Assembly: GCF_032191835.1 (NCBI RefSeq)
Contig: NC_083227.1
Location: forward strand, 137,082,001 to 137,146,000
Length of the DNA stretch: 64,000 bases
Direction: 5' to 3'
Source of the DNA: Heteronotia binoei
Lineage: Eukaryota
The notes under the pieces: generated by a model
What the model saw: the letters and a program-made list of their open reading frames with translations, nothing else
Told to the model about the DNA's origin: nothing
Databases searched by the model: none
Translations under genes and position numbers: made by a program
Shown: positions 49,848 through 62,134 of the stretch, piece by piece
Layout of the letters: each line of letters starts with the position of its first letter
Numbering within the stretch: the first letter of the stretch is position 1

Positions 49848-50345
49848 GCCAGTGTAGTGGTTAGCGTGTTCGACTAGGATCTTGAAGAAGCAGGTTCAGA
49901 TGTCCGCTCTGCCATGGAGCTTGCTGGGTGACTCTGGGACAGTCTCATAGGGCGTTTTCGCACTGACCTTAATCGGCAGCGACGCCCCTCTTCAGCGCGC
50001 AGGATCTGCCCGGATTTTGCACCAATTGCCGCGGAGCACCCGGAAGAGCCGGAAAGTCCCACGGCTTTTGCGGCGCAAATGGAAACCGCCAAAAACCAGT
50101 TTCCATTTGCGCCGCAAAAGCCGCGGGACTTTCCAGCTCTTCCGGGTGCTCCGCGGCAATTGGTGCGAAATCCGGGCAGATCCTGCGCGCTGAAGAGGGG
50201 TGTCGCTGCCAATTAAGGTCAGTGCGAAAACGCCCATACTGTCAGCCTAATCTACCTCACAGAGTTATTGTGAGGATAAAAGGAGATCAGAAGAAAGCAA
50301 AGTCAATTGATATAAGTCAGGAGAAAACTGAGATATAAATGAAAT
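49848..50345 (+). mobile_element. MIR/CORE SINE split by a palindromic MITE
   Basis: Removing 49950-50238 restores ...GGACAGTCTCATACTGTCAGCCTAATCTACCTCACAG...TGTGAGGATAAA. Confidence 0.75.
49950..50235. mobile_element. 286-bp fold-back MITE, PIF/Harbinger-like
   Basis: Whole element is a hairpin (two ~137-bp arms, 12-nt loop); termini GGGCGTTTTCGCACTG; 3-bp TSD ATA (49947-49949 / 50236-50238). Confidence 0.85.
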
Positions 50346-50904
50346 AAATGAATAATGAAACAAATATTAATAATGCACTTGTCTCCATTATGATGACAAG
50401 CAAATGAAACTCTTTGTTTTATTTTTTCCCATTGTTTATTAAATGCACATACCTGAGTTTTATGATGTGAGCATTCTTGCATCTTAGGCATGTAAAGACT
50501 CTGTTATTTCATTGATAGCTTCAAAGTATAGGTTGATTTAGTGACTGATTTAGGGAAACGGTTAAAATAACCTAATTTTTTGAAATGGTAAGCTTGGTCT
50601 ATAAGTAGAATACTGTGCTAGAAACATTTTGTGCTTGAATTTCTCCAGGAGTCTGGGGAAAACAACTGTAGAACTTCATTGTTCAGAAAAAGACAATGTT
50701 CCTGCTTTTGAACATGAATAGCTTATAGCCATGAAAGAATAACCAGGGCCAACCTCTGTATCAAGCCTCCTTCCCTTAGCAACCAATGCATTTGAAGATG
50801 ATCAGTGTCTGTCTGATTTGTCCTGTGGTATTTCAGGTATTTCTGACAGAAGTGGAGTCACAAAGCCTTAGTTGTAAACAACACTTCTCTTGTACCAGAT
50901 GCTT

Positions 50905-51000
50905 TCCAACAGAGGTGGTCAGATTTTGTAGCCACCCTGAGCCCGCCTCGAAGGGGTAGGGCGGGATATAAATCGAATAAAATAACTAAATAAATAAATA
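50905..51000 (+). mobile_element. L2 3' end fragment
   Basis: GCCACCCTGAGCCCGCC...GGGCGGGATATAAAT followed by (TAAA)n. Confidence 0.65.
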
Positions 51001-51053
51001 TCACATTTCTCCAAGTGCCCAACACTTCACATGAATGACTGCATGTTTGCACT

Positions 51054-51321
51054 GCCAGTTTGGTGTAGTAGTTAAGTGTGCGGACTCTTATCTGGGAGAA
51101 CAGGGTTTGATTCCCCACTCCTCCACTTGCACCTGCTGAGATGGCCTTGGGTCAGCCATAGCTCTGGCAGAGGTTGTCCTTGAAAGGGCAGCTGCTGTGG
51201 GAGCCCTCTCAGCCCCACTCACCTTGTGGGGGAGGGAGATAAAGGAGATTGTGAGCCGCTCTGAGACTCTTCAGAGTGGAGGGTGGGATATAAATCCAAT
51301 ATCTTCTTCTTCTTCTTCTTC
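51054..51321 (+). mobile_element. Squam3-like SINE
   Basis: GCCAGTTTGGTGTAGTAGTTAAG head, GGGTTTGATTCCCC box B, (TCT)n tail. Confidence 0.85.
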
Positions 51322-51393
51322 TACTCTGACTTGTAAGTCTGAAACAGTTGATGTCTGTTCTACAAATGAAATGGAAAAGGGAAGGATTTAACA

Positions 51394-52236
51394 CAGGGGT
51401 GTCAAACTCATTTATTACGAGGGCCAGATTTGACATAAATGAGACCTTGTTGGGCTGGGCCATGTGTGTCATAAAATGTAATGCCAGGTAGCAGACATAT
51501 AAACTTTATAAAGGAGACAGACAAACACAATTAAAGATATTTTGTACTTAAATGAAACATGCTTAAAACATTAGAACGCTTGCAATATTTTGTTTTGCAG
51601 CCTCTGATAAATGCCACCTCTTGCTATGAATAATTGCATCAAAAATTGGAGACAATGTCTGTGCTGTACCAATCTTAAATATGCTGTTCAGGTATTGTTC
51701 AGGTTTGCACATCTGTAAACTGCAAATCTACTTTTGACTTATTGACATTGATTACAGAAATCTCATGGCCAATGCTTTGAGCCTAAGACCCAGAGGAAAA
51801 CATGAAGCAGCAGGGCATTGTGAGCTTTTGTACATAAGTTGCTTCGTGTGCTGGTCAAGAACATGTGAAGGCACCATGGCACAGACTGAGGGCTATGTGT
51901 TTGTCTACAAAAATATAGTCTTCCCCAGAAAAATAACCACAACTCCTATATGGCAGTGCAAAAACAGAGAGACAGCCATGTACTGTGGTCAGTATCAGCC
52001 TACTATCTGGGAAGTTTAATTTCAAGATCACCAATCAAAGGAAAATGTGAAAGAAAAATCAAAGGAAATTTGCTTAGCAAACCTGAGCTGGACACACACT
52101 TACTTCCTAATCCTGGTTTGTTGTTATTGCTCTTCTAAATAGTTCACATACTTTCCTATTAAGAAAGCCTGGAGGGCATGGATACAGTTAAAAAGATGAG
52201 GGGAACACAGTTGTACCCATAAGAAGCCCAAAACAC
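51394..52236 (-). mobile_element. Second copy of the 46409 hAT family, inverted
   Basis: Starts CAGGGGTGTCAAAC; reverse complement aligns to ~46900-47700. Confidence 0.8.
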
Positions 52237-53127
52237 ATTCTGACTGGTTTCACACTGTGAAATTGACACAATTCCATCCCTTTGCTAAAAAACCTGCTTG
52301 AGTTTTGTCCGTTTTGGGACTATCAGCCGTCCTTGAAGTGGCTGATCCCGGCAGTGGTCTGTGGTTGCCCATTCACACTGCTAGTGTGGTTCAACCATGG
52401 ACCCACCGTGGAAAAGGTTGGGTTTTTTTTTTAAAAAAAGTCCCACATGTGTGCATTCAAGCAGAGAAGTGCACAAGCGCTCCTTGGAGAGGGGTTAGGG
52501 GAGGGGGAAACCTGACTGTGCCAGGTTTGGCATATATGTGAAAACTTTAATAAAATTTAAATTGAAAAAAAAAGAGAAAGAAATGGCTTGGTGTGATTAC
52601 ACAGCTCTTCCGTTTATGTGCCACATGTGGGTGTTCAGACAGCTTCTGATTACGCAACCTAGATGTGATTTAGGCAGGCCCGGAGCTGGGGGTGCCTGTG
52701 CCCCTAGGCCGATCTCCACCACCCCCAATTGCTTGTATCGTGTGCTTGCTGCTGATGTCATAATGATGTCATCATTTCCACCACGCCAAGCCGAACATGG
52801 GTGGAGTGGAGCTGGGCTGCCAGGGTGGGAGGGAAGGAGGGGAAGGGCTGGCATCCAGGAAAACTCCCTGCACCGGGGGTTGCCTCCAGTCCTGCTGACC
52901 CAGTCAGCCGGGACTCCCCTCCCTTGGCCTCTGTCCACTCCCTCCCGTCTGCAGTTGAGGAAAGCCAGGCTGGACTGGGCCGGGCTGGGGGTGTCATTGG
53001 CTCTTCCCTCCCTCCCTCCATCCTTCCAGGATTAGGAAATGAGAAAACACATAGGGAAATGATATTGCAAGTAAGTAAAATGATATTACAAGTAAGTAAA
53101 ATTTGCACATGTTGCATATGCAAATGA

Positions 53128-53145
53128 GTGATGATGATGATGATG

Positions 53146-53211
<66 letters not shown>
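53128..53211 (+). repeat. Compound (GAT)n(AAT)n microsatellite, tail of a minus-strand L2
   Basis: About 6 GAT then about 21 AAT units, directly before the L2 3' end. Confidence 0.95.
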
Positions 53212-53214
<3 letters not shown>

Positions 53215-53665
53215 TTATATCTCACCCTCCCCACCGAAGCAGGATCAGGGTGGCTTACATAGCATAAAATACAACATTACAGTAATACAACAATAAAATG
53301 CCCCAATTTCATAACAGTTAATTAAATATACAGTTGCATTTAAAACAGCCGTTAAAATATCAATTTAAAACCACAATTTGATTTGGTGCTACGATCTTGA
53401 TATAAAACATAGTTTTCATGGAGATGGTGCAATAGTTCCACATTAAAAAGCCAACTGGAAGAGGATGGTCTTGCAGGCCTGGTGGAACTGGTTGAGGCTC
53501 CGCAAGGCCCGTACCTCTTCTGGTAGCTGATTCCACCAGTGGGGAGCTGTAATCGAGAAGGCCCTCTCCCTTGTAGCTTTCAATTTGACCTCCTTTGCCC
53601 CAGGGATGGTCAGTACTCTCTGGGGAACATATGGGGAGAGACGGTCCCTATGGTAGGCAGGTCCC
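53212..53665 (-). mobile_element. L2 3' fragment
   Basis: GGATCAGGGTGGCTTACA terminus; TTGCAGGCCTGGTGGAAC...GATTCCACCAG as in the other L2 copies. Confidence 0.75.
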
Positions 53666-55372
53666 TCTAATGAGCTCCCACACCTCTTTTTCTACAAAAT
53701 GATCCTTGTGTATTTTTAAAAGTATCTGCTTTTCACTAAGGATGCTCAAACACTTGTTAGTGAGCTCACATCTTGTTCACAGGCCACAAACAAGGAGCTG
53801 TGTTTCCAGTGATGCGTTCAATTGTTCATTGACTCTTTTGTGGGTGTTCAGCAGCTTGTATCACTGTATTATTTCTTAGCCATGCAGTAAAGAACAATTG
53901 GCTTTTTGCACACACCTGATCTCACACAGCTTGATTCTAGCATCCCTTGTCTAGTCATGAATCCTGGGTAATACACACAATGTTAATTATACAACAATGT
54001 ACTCAGCTGAGATGGCTCACAAAAAAAAATCATTTTGGAAAGTTTCTTCAGAAAACTGAGCTATTGCTCTGACCCTTGTGGTAGATATTGCACCTTATTT
54101 TAACTTTGAGCCATATCTATTTTACATTTGTTTAATTTTTTAAAATCTATTTCTAATGCTGCGTTTTTATATGATAAAAAGTGGACATCATATGACATAA
54201 TCCAAAATCTTCTTAATACTGCTTATCCACCATTCTGCTGACCTGCTAGATCTCTTCTGCCTTTGGTTCTTAGTTGGGCATTTTAATTTAGTATTTATTT
54301 TTATTTACAGAAAAAATATTTATATTCCACCTTTCTGCCACCACAAGCGACTAGGGTTGCAAGGTCTAACTTCAAGAATACCTGGGAGCTTTGGGGGTGG
54401 AGCCAGGAGACTTTCCCTTTTCCTAAAATAAATAAATAAAATACAGCAGTGCAGTTCCCCTGAATACAATCTTCATTTCCTCGTCCCTCAGCAGCTGGCT
54501 GCACTGCCACTAAATGAAAGTGAACACACACACACACTCACAAAGCAACCAAAATAAATGCAGTTTGCAACCACACGCTTTTGTGATCTCACTAGGATAA
54601 TTTATTCATGGGAGTTGCTGAATACAACCATCTGTTGTATTTCCACAGACTTCTTCAGACAAACATGGGAAATGAAAGGTTCTGGTTTACTATTTACCAT
54701 GTGAATGACTTCTGAAAGGAATGTAAAACATATGGAAGGACTGGGCTCTCTTCCTTTCTCACAGACTCACCAGGAACAGCTTAGGCTCTGCCAGCTTTCC
54801 CTGCTCCCATTCAATCTTGCTCCTACTGAGATTTAAAGGCACACATACCTTCCAAGTTTGCAAGCTTCTTCTAAGCCTTTGGAAGTGGAAGGCACATTGT
54901 GGCTATTGGGGTGGGTCTTCCGCTGCTGACCAGCTGTCTGGAGGCAGGGAGTAGCCTGCAAAACCAGGGATCCCCTGCCAGGACCTGAGGACTGGAAGTC
55001 TACCACAGCCACAAGGCCGTTGGATAGGAGTTAGTCCTAACAGTAGGGATAAGAGTTAGTCCTAACAGTCTATGTGTGGGAATTATTTTAATTCATAACA
55101 TTTATGCCGCTACACAATAATAATCCATTCTGCCCAAATATTCTTTATGTCAGGGCATTCTTACCTCTCTGCAACTGAATGTTGCATTCTAACCATATTT
55201 TCCTTATCAGCAGAATCCACACTTCAGCATTAATCAAGAGCCCATAAAAGAAAGTGGACATTGTTTCCTGATTTTTTTTAACCTTGACATCTGGAGGCAG
55301 CCTTTCATAACAGCAGAAAAACTATTTGTACAGAGATGTTGTCAAACTGCATCAGGGTTCATCCTAGCATCT

Positions 55373-55652
55373 GAAGAAGAAGAAGGAGGATTGCAGATTT
55401 ATACCTTGCCCTTCTCTCTGAATCAAAGACTCAGAGCGGCTTACAATCTCCTATATCTTCCTCCCCCACAACAGACACTCTGTGAGGTGGATGGAACTGA
55501 GAGGGCTCTCACAGCAGCTGCCCTTTCAAGGAGAACCTCTGCCAGAGCTATAGCTAACCCAAGGCCATTCCAGCAGGTGAAAGTGGAGGAGTGGGGAATC
55601 AAACCTGGTTCTCCCAGATAAGAGTCCACGCACTTAACCACTACACCAAACT
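55373..55652 (-). mobile_element. Squam3-like SINE
   Basis: Matches the 37084 and 41066 copies. Confidence 0.85.
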
Positions 55653-56599
55653 GAAGTGCTTCTGTGTGGTGCAGCAGCAGCCTAGGTGAAATAAAGCCAG
55701 GCAGTAGCTCTTTAAGATAATGTTGCTATGTAAAGAAGCATTTTAAAATGTTTTAATGATGGCAATTTGAACATAAGTACAGTTACATCCTTTTGAAAAT
55801 GTACCTGGCAGCCAATCTCTTTTGAACAATGCTTCTCGAAGGAGCATGAGGTAGAGACTTTAGCATAAGTAACAATTATATGTTTTAAATTCAGTGAGAC
55901 GACATTAATAAGGGGACTAGTGCTAAAAGTGAGGGCTGATGAGGAAAGGTGCTATGTATTATTAATTAAATAACATTCAAAGTGATTTGCAGAACCATAT
56001 TAATGAAAAGATTTTGAAAAGTGAATTAAAATCCTGCAACGAAGTCCTCACATCAAAACACATGACTTATGCTTTTGTGAAATTAGTTTTTCAGTTGCAG
56101 AAATATGCAACCATAAAATGATACTCATGAAATAAGCCTCATTTATAAGCATCTGCTTGAAAGCTTCTGTACAAAATTATTCTTCCCCTGGCAATGCATT
56201 CAAGTGCTTCAGTATATTCTTGTCAAACAGTTTTGTTCCTGGATTCATAAGTATTCTAGTAGTCCTGTAATTTTTTTTCCCATGAGACATATGAAGAATT
56301 TAAGATAAGAGGGAACACACTTTTCCCAGAATCTATCATATTTTTATCCTAACATTGCTCCCAGGAACTCAGGGCAATGTACATGGATCTTTTTCTTCTT
56401 TTTATCCCTGCGACAGCCCTGTAAGGTAGGTCAGACTGAGGTAAAGTGAGTGGTTGAGTAGGGATAGGTTAGTCCTAATTTAACCACTGTATTATGGCTC
56501 TGTACTACAGCTAAATAAAAATTTGTTTGATATTTTCTGGTATATAAACCCAACTTCTCTCTCTCTCAATCAAGTAGCAACTTGATGAGGGACACAGCT

Positions 56600-58330
56600 A
56601 GGGAGGCAGGCAAAGTCAGAGATGAATTATCGACAGTAATTGGTGAAGCCCAGAAACCACTGCACATCCTTCCGATTCTGAGGTGCCTGCCAGGACTGCA
56701 CAGCCTCCACATTCTGGGGGGGGGGGGGGTCTATCTTTTATACCTTGTGGGGTGATGAGGTGGCTCAGGAATTCCATGACTCAGGAATTCCATGGCCATG
56801 TTGCTGGAGGTGTTGCAGGATGGCCCACGTGTGTTCAGTGTTTTCAGCTGGGTCCTGAGAAAAGAGCAAGATGTCATCAAGATAGATTATGACAAAGTGG
56901 TCCAGCAAGTCCTAGAAGATATTTTTCATACAATGCTGAAACACAACTGGGACATTACTCAGGCCAAATGGAATAATCAAATGCTCATATTGGTCATACT
57001 TGGTACTGAACATGGTCTTTCATTAGTCCCCGGAATGTATGCACACCAAGTTGTAAGCCCCTTGAAGATCCAGCCTGATCCACCTTCAGGCCCGCCTCAA
57101 CCAGTCCAGAAACTCCGGAACCAGTGGCAGGGGATATTGGTCCCTGATGGTGATTCAATTGAGTGCCCAGATTCCTCAGATTTCTTTTTAAGAAACAAGA
57201 CAGGGGCCAAGGTTGGGGATGTAGATGGACAAATGAAGCCCCTCTTCATATTCTTGGCCAGGAACTCCTGAAAAGCCTCCATTTCAGGTTCTGACAGGGA
57301 GTACAACCATCCAGTATGCAAGGGAGCATCAGGTTCCAGGGTAATGGTGCAATATCAGCTGATGCAGGGACTGATTCACTCTTTTTCCCTGGAAGACATT
57401 CTAATACTCCATTTATTTTGTTGGAAGAACCCACAGATCTGGGCTTGTGGTAACTTCCAAAAGCAAAAGGAGTGCTTCATGAGGACAAGGGCAGATCCTG
57501 TTTGAGTTGCTTTATCACTGGATTGTGCATCTCCAGCCAGGACATCCCCAGTACTATCAGAAAGCGGGGTATGGTTGTAATGTCAAAGCAGAGCTGCTCT
57601 TGATGGTTCTGTATGTGCAGCCTCAGCAGTTACATTTCCTGATTGAAAGGGCCCGGTCATAAAAGCTGAATGTCTATTGCTTCTACCAAGATAGGTGTCC
57701 CTTAAGCACATATTGGGACTTGGTGTTACTTGGTAAAATTGGCATGTATATAAAAATGAGAGGCTCTGAAGTTGATCATTGTGTACAAAAACAAGCAGTG
57801 CCTCTCTGATAGCCAGAGCATCACTGGGATAAGAAGATGCCGGTGGCTGGTATCAGGAGGGCTTTGGTGATCTGAGGTGTGCTACAAGATGCAAGGACCA
57901 AACCCACTTGAGTCCAAGGATTTAACACTGGCAGTTGAGGCTTCTTCCTCTCTGGCCTTGCACCTTCAGCCATGGTCCCTGTTTGAGCAGAACAAATGAG
58001 TGGAACCTGGAGCCAATCATGGACTTCCAGCACTACCTCTGACAAAACCCCAGGTACTGGTCTAGGAGTACAGGCTCATTCCACTCTAGGTTTTGTGCCT
58101 CATTTCACTCTAGGTCTTGTGTGGAATTCTGTGGTGTAGGCTGCTAAAGTGCCTCCTGCTTGGCACAGGAGCTGAACAGGAGCCTTCAGAGGGTCTGCAA
58201 AGGCAGATTTCATATGTACCATGAAACTAGTAAAATTACTTAGCAATGGAGAGTTTATAATCAATATGGGTGTTGACCATTTGGCAGCCTTCCCCTTAAA
58301 GAGACTGTGATGAACCAATCAGGGTCAGCT
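56600..58330 (-). mobile_element. Degenerate Ty3/Gypsy internal region (gag, protease, RT)
   Basis: Minus strand: gag-like LCQAGGTLAAYTTEF; SLSEPEMEAFQEFLAKNMKRGFICPSTSP..APVLF; DLLDHFVIIYLDDILLFS (YLDD); VEAVQSWQAPQNRKDVQWFLGFTNY. Confidence 0.8.
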
Positions 58331-58400
58331 TGAGTGGGTGACCACTATACATTTTTCCTGTCACCTCCACCCAGTACCTCAGGCACACACACTGAAATCC

Positions 58401-60970
58401 TGTCAGAAATAAACTAGGCACCAAATAATTTCAAATTTAAACCCAAAAGATATGTTTATTGGAATATAAAAGGCAAGGGAGAGAGTAAAATAATATTCTC
58501 TCTCTCGGCTTGGCTTCGCGAACGAAGATTTAAGAAGGGTGCAATAGTCCACATCTTCTGCAGGCTCGCTGGTGGCTGACAAGATCAATGCGGGACAGGC
58601 AGGTCCGGCCACAGTGGCTGCAGGGAAAAGTCTGATTTAGGGTTGGTGCTGTAGCAGTGCGATTCTTCCTCAATCTCCTTTTGTCCTCAAGACCAGCTAT
58701 GCGTGCGTTCTCAAAGGAAGAGACAGCCTGGTGGATGGTGTGCCTCCATGCTTTGCGATCTGAGGCTAGGTCAGACTACTGGTGATGGTTGATGCGACAG
58801 GTGCCAAGGGATTTCTTCAAGGAGTCCTTGTACCTCTTCTTTGGTGCCCCTCTATTTCGATGGCCGGTGGAGAGTTCACCATACAGGGCAATCTTGGGAA
58901 GGCGGTGATTTTCCATCCTAGAAATATGCCCTGCCCAGCACAGCTGCGTCTTCAGCAGCAGTGCCTCGATGCTGGTAACCTCCGCCCACTTGAGGACTTC
59001 AGTGTTGGTCACAAAGTCACTCCAGTGGATGTTGAGGATGGTGCGAAGGCAGCGCTGATGAAAGCGCTCGAGGAGTCGCAGGTGATGACGGTATAAAACC
59101 CATGATTTGGAGCCGTAGATGAGGGTTCTCATCACAACCGCTTTGTAAACATTGATCTTTGTGCCTTTTTTCAGATGCTTGTTGCTCCACACTCTTTTGT
59201 GCAGTCGGCCAAATGCACGGTTTGCCTTTGCCAGCCTGTTGTCAATCTCCTTGTCGATCTTGGCATCTGAGGAGATGATGCACCCCAGGTAGCTGAACTG
59301 CTGGACTGTCTTCAGAACTGATTCACCCACAGTGATGCAGGGAGGGTGATAATCTTCCTGGGGTGCAGGCTAGTGGAGAACTTCTGTCTTCTTCAGACTA
59401 ACTTCTAGGCCGAATAGCTTGGCAGCCTCTGCAAAGCAGGACGTCATATGCTGCAGAGCTGATACCGAGTGGGAGACGAGTGCAGCATCATCAGCAAACA
59501 GTAGCTCTCGGATGAGTTTTTCCATTGTCTTGGAGTGGGCCTTTAGTCGCCTCAGGTTGAACAGGCTGCCATCGGTGCGATAGCGGATGTAGACACCATC
59601 GTCATCATCTAGATCTATTGCGGCTCTTTGAAGCATCATGCTAAAGAAGATCGTAAAGAGAGTTGGCGCGAGAACACAGCCTTGCTTTACACCTGTGCCT
59701 ATTGGGAAGGGCTCCGAGAGGTCGTTGCAGTGTCTGACTTGGCCTCGCTGGTCTTCGTGTAGCTGGATGATCATGCTGAGGAACCTTGGGGGACATCCTA
59801 AACGTTCCAAGATTTGCCACAGGCCCTTCCTGCTAATGGTATCGAAAGCTTTGGTAAGGTCGACAAAAGTCACATACAGAGCCTTGTTCTGTTGCCTGCA
59901 TTTCTCTTGGAGCTGCCTGAGAACAAATACCATGTCGGTGGTGCTCCTGTTAGCTCTGAAGCCGCACTGGCTCTCTGGGAGGAGTTCTTCTGCAATGGTG
60001 GGCACCAGTCTGTTCAGGAGTATTCTGGCAAGGATTTTGCCTGCGATGGAGAGCAGGGTTATCCCCCGGTAGTTGGAGCAGTCTGACTTTTCCCCTTTGT
60101 TCTTGTATAGGGTGATTAATTGGTTTTATATAGACAAATCAGTTGACAAGCAGAAATTGGGCAGGCTGAATTAATATAAAAATACTGGCAGATTTGTAAA
60201 GCTTACTAGATTTTTAACAGGCAGGCAGAGCTTTTAAAATATATAAAAACTCTAAACAAGCAGACAGTGCTTACTTAGCACTAGGAATGCTCTATGCAGA
60301 GATGAATTATACCCCTAAGCTTGAGCTTCCCAGCCCCTAAAATAAAAAAAGGTCACACACTCTTTGCCATCACACTGAGGACTTCTAATTTGTGCCAGAT
60401 AAATCCCCTCACAGACACTCCTTCACTAGCATACAGGACTCACACCTTTTGAGTGCTATTACCAAGCTCCTAAATCCTGTGCATCTCAGTCCCACCCAGC
60501 TAGGTTCCCTGTCTGTATCCTGAGATTTCTTCTCAGCCGCAAGAATCTAGTCCCAGTTCCTGTCTGTTGGTGTTCTTAATTAAACAGGTGCTGACAGGAC
60601 TCCTCAGCAGAGCATTCAGTTTCCTCTGCTTCCAGTCAGAGAGTTTCTTCCAGTAACCCTCTCACAGACAGAACTCCTTACAAGGAACAGACAGTTCTGC
60701 CTTACGAGGAACTCGGCCTACAGGCAGTCTTCAGCTCCTTCCCAGTTGATTTTCACAACTGTCTTTCTCAGTCTCCAGAATGAACTAACATCAGAACTAT
60801 CTCCAAGCTCTGAACTGCTTCAGTACTCCAGCAGAACCAACTCTGTGAGGCATTTTTTCCTTGCTCTGCAAGCTTTCTAGGAATTGATACATTTGGTAAC
60901 CATGGCTGCTGCTCAGCCAATCAGTGCAAGCTGTTCCCAGCTACCAGGCTAACTGCCTGAATTCATCACA
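58401..60970 (-). mobile_element. Putative ~0.95-kb LTR split by the RTE insertion
   Basis: TGT...ACA termini; reverse CCAATAAA near 58455; lies 5' of the Gypsy gag remnant; no TSD or second LTR found. Confidence 0.4.
58497..60116 (-). mobile_element. RTE-clade LINE (RTE-1 type), 5'-truncated
   Basis: LPESQCGFRANRSTTDMVFVLRQLQEKC...FVDLTKAFD...GVKQGCVLAP...LLFADD; in-frame stop at ~59370; 3' end GCGAAGCCAAGCCGAGAGAGA on the minus strand. Confidence 0.9.
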
Positions 60971-60974
60971 GAGG

Positions 60975-61234
60975 CTTACTATGAAACAGACCTTCATCTT
61001 AACATGTGGAATTCACTGCCACAGGAGGTGGTGGTGGCTACAAGCATAGCCAGCTTCAAGAGGGGGTTAGATAAAAATATGGAACAGAGGTCCATCAGTG
61101 GCTATTAGCCACAGTGTGTGTGTGTGTGTGTGTGTTTGTGTGTGTGTGTAAATTTTTTGGCCACTGTGTGACACAGTGTTGGACTGGATGGGCCATTGGC
61201 CTGATCCAACATGGCTTCTCTTATGTTCTTATCA
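60975..61234 (+). mobile_element. CR1 3' end with internal (TG)n
   Basis: GTGGAATTCACTGCCACAGGAGG...GGACTGGATGGGCCATTGGCCTGATCCAAC...CTTATGTTCTTAT. Confidence 0.8.
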
Positions 61235-61832
61235 TTGGGGAATTCCCTTCCCCACAGCTCCATTTATAGCTTGCATTGTGCCAAGAATGCAGGGGACAGT
61301 TCTTGATTTCCCTGAAACTTCTCTAATGGGCTCACTGGCCATTTTCCTGAAGGAGGGGTAGCAGGGACTGTGGCAGTGGCAACCCTTTGCAGCTGTTGGA
61401 GCCCAGCCAAAGCATTTGTCAGCTTCAGTACCTGCATTTGGAGTGAGCAGCTAAGTGTGCCAGGGAGGAAGCCATTTCTTTCATGCTGCTGCTAATTTTG
61501 TGGTGGATGCAAACAGCACAGGCTTCCAGGTTCTGAGTATTAGGTTCCAGAAATCAGGCAAAGCATGGTCATTCAATCCAGGGTCTGGGGTCTAACAGCC
61601 TCTCTTGGCTGGTTTTTATAGCCCCATGCCTAAGGGTTATGTTTGCCGCCAGCTGCTCAGAAGCAATCCTGGAACTACTCATCTTTCTTATCAGCAAACA
61701 GCTGGTGACAGACTAGGAGGTGTGCACTTTTCCATCTTGTCTGTAGCTTTGTTCTCAGCCTCCATATGCAGTGTTCTGAGGTGTAGGTTATACCAGTGGG
61801 CTGGGAATGACCAGCTGAGATTCACCTGATGA

Positions 61833-62074
61833 ATCAGGAGCAGAGGGTGTTGGTAGCTCTGCACCAGATGTTGACTGTGAATCCTTGAGAAGCCTGAAGC
61901 TCATTTTCATGCTGGTCTGCTTCTGTTAACTCCTGAGGAGCCATCACAATTACATCAGGACCAGAGGGTGTTGGTAGCTCTGCACCAGATGTTGACTGTG
62001 AATCCTTGAGAAGCCTGAAGCTCATTTTAATGCTGGTCTGCTTCTGTTAACTCTTGAGGAGCCATCACAATTAC
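61833..62074 (+). repeat. Direct tandem duplication, 121-bp period
   Basis: ATCAGGA(G/C)CAGAGGGTGTTGG...CCATCACAATTAC twice, 3 mismatches seen. Confidence 0.95.
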
Positions 62075-62134
62075 TGAGCCCTGGCTGACCCATGATAGAA
62101 ATTTCTATTGGGAAGAAAAGCTTTAGTTGAGACT

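Noticed and set aside
50837-50870. Candidate 34-nt FSTL4 exon 3 (TTTCAG|GTATTT...CCTTA|GTTGTA)
   Set aside because: Length and phase fit, but the donor is weak and the peptide VFLTEVESQSL does not resemble the recalled human EPRSFEVTRRE
47117-52019. Near-identical Cys-rich ORFs at 47117-47356 (-) and 51765-52019 (+)
   Set aside because: Both lie inside two copies of the same hAT element, so the similarity reflects repeat identity rather than coding constraint
52758-53234. 158-aa ORF with a poly-isoleucine run
   Set aside because: Translation of the (AAT)n/(GAT)n microsatellite tail of an L2
37081-55641. Recurring short ORFs 'VVKCADSYLGEPGLIPHS...'
   Set aside because: Chance translations of Squam3-like SINE copies
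56792-59096. Plus-strand ORFs of 159 aa (56792-57271) and 104 aa (58782-59096)
   Set aside because: Antisense shadows of Gypsy RT and RTE ORF2
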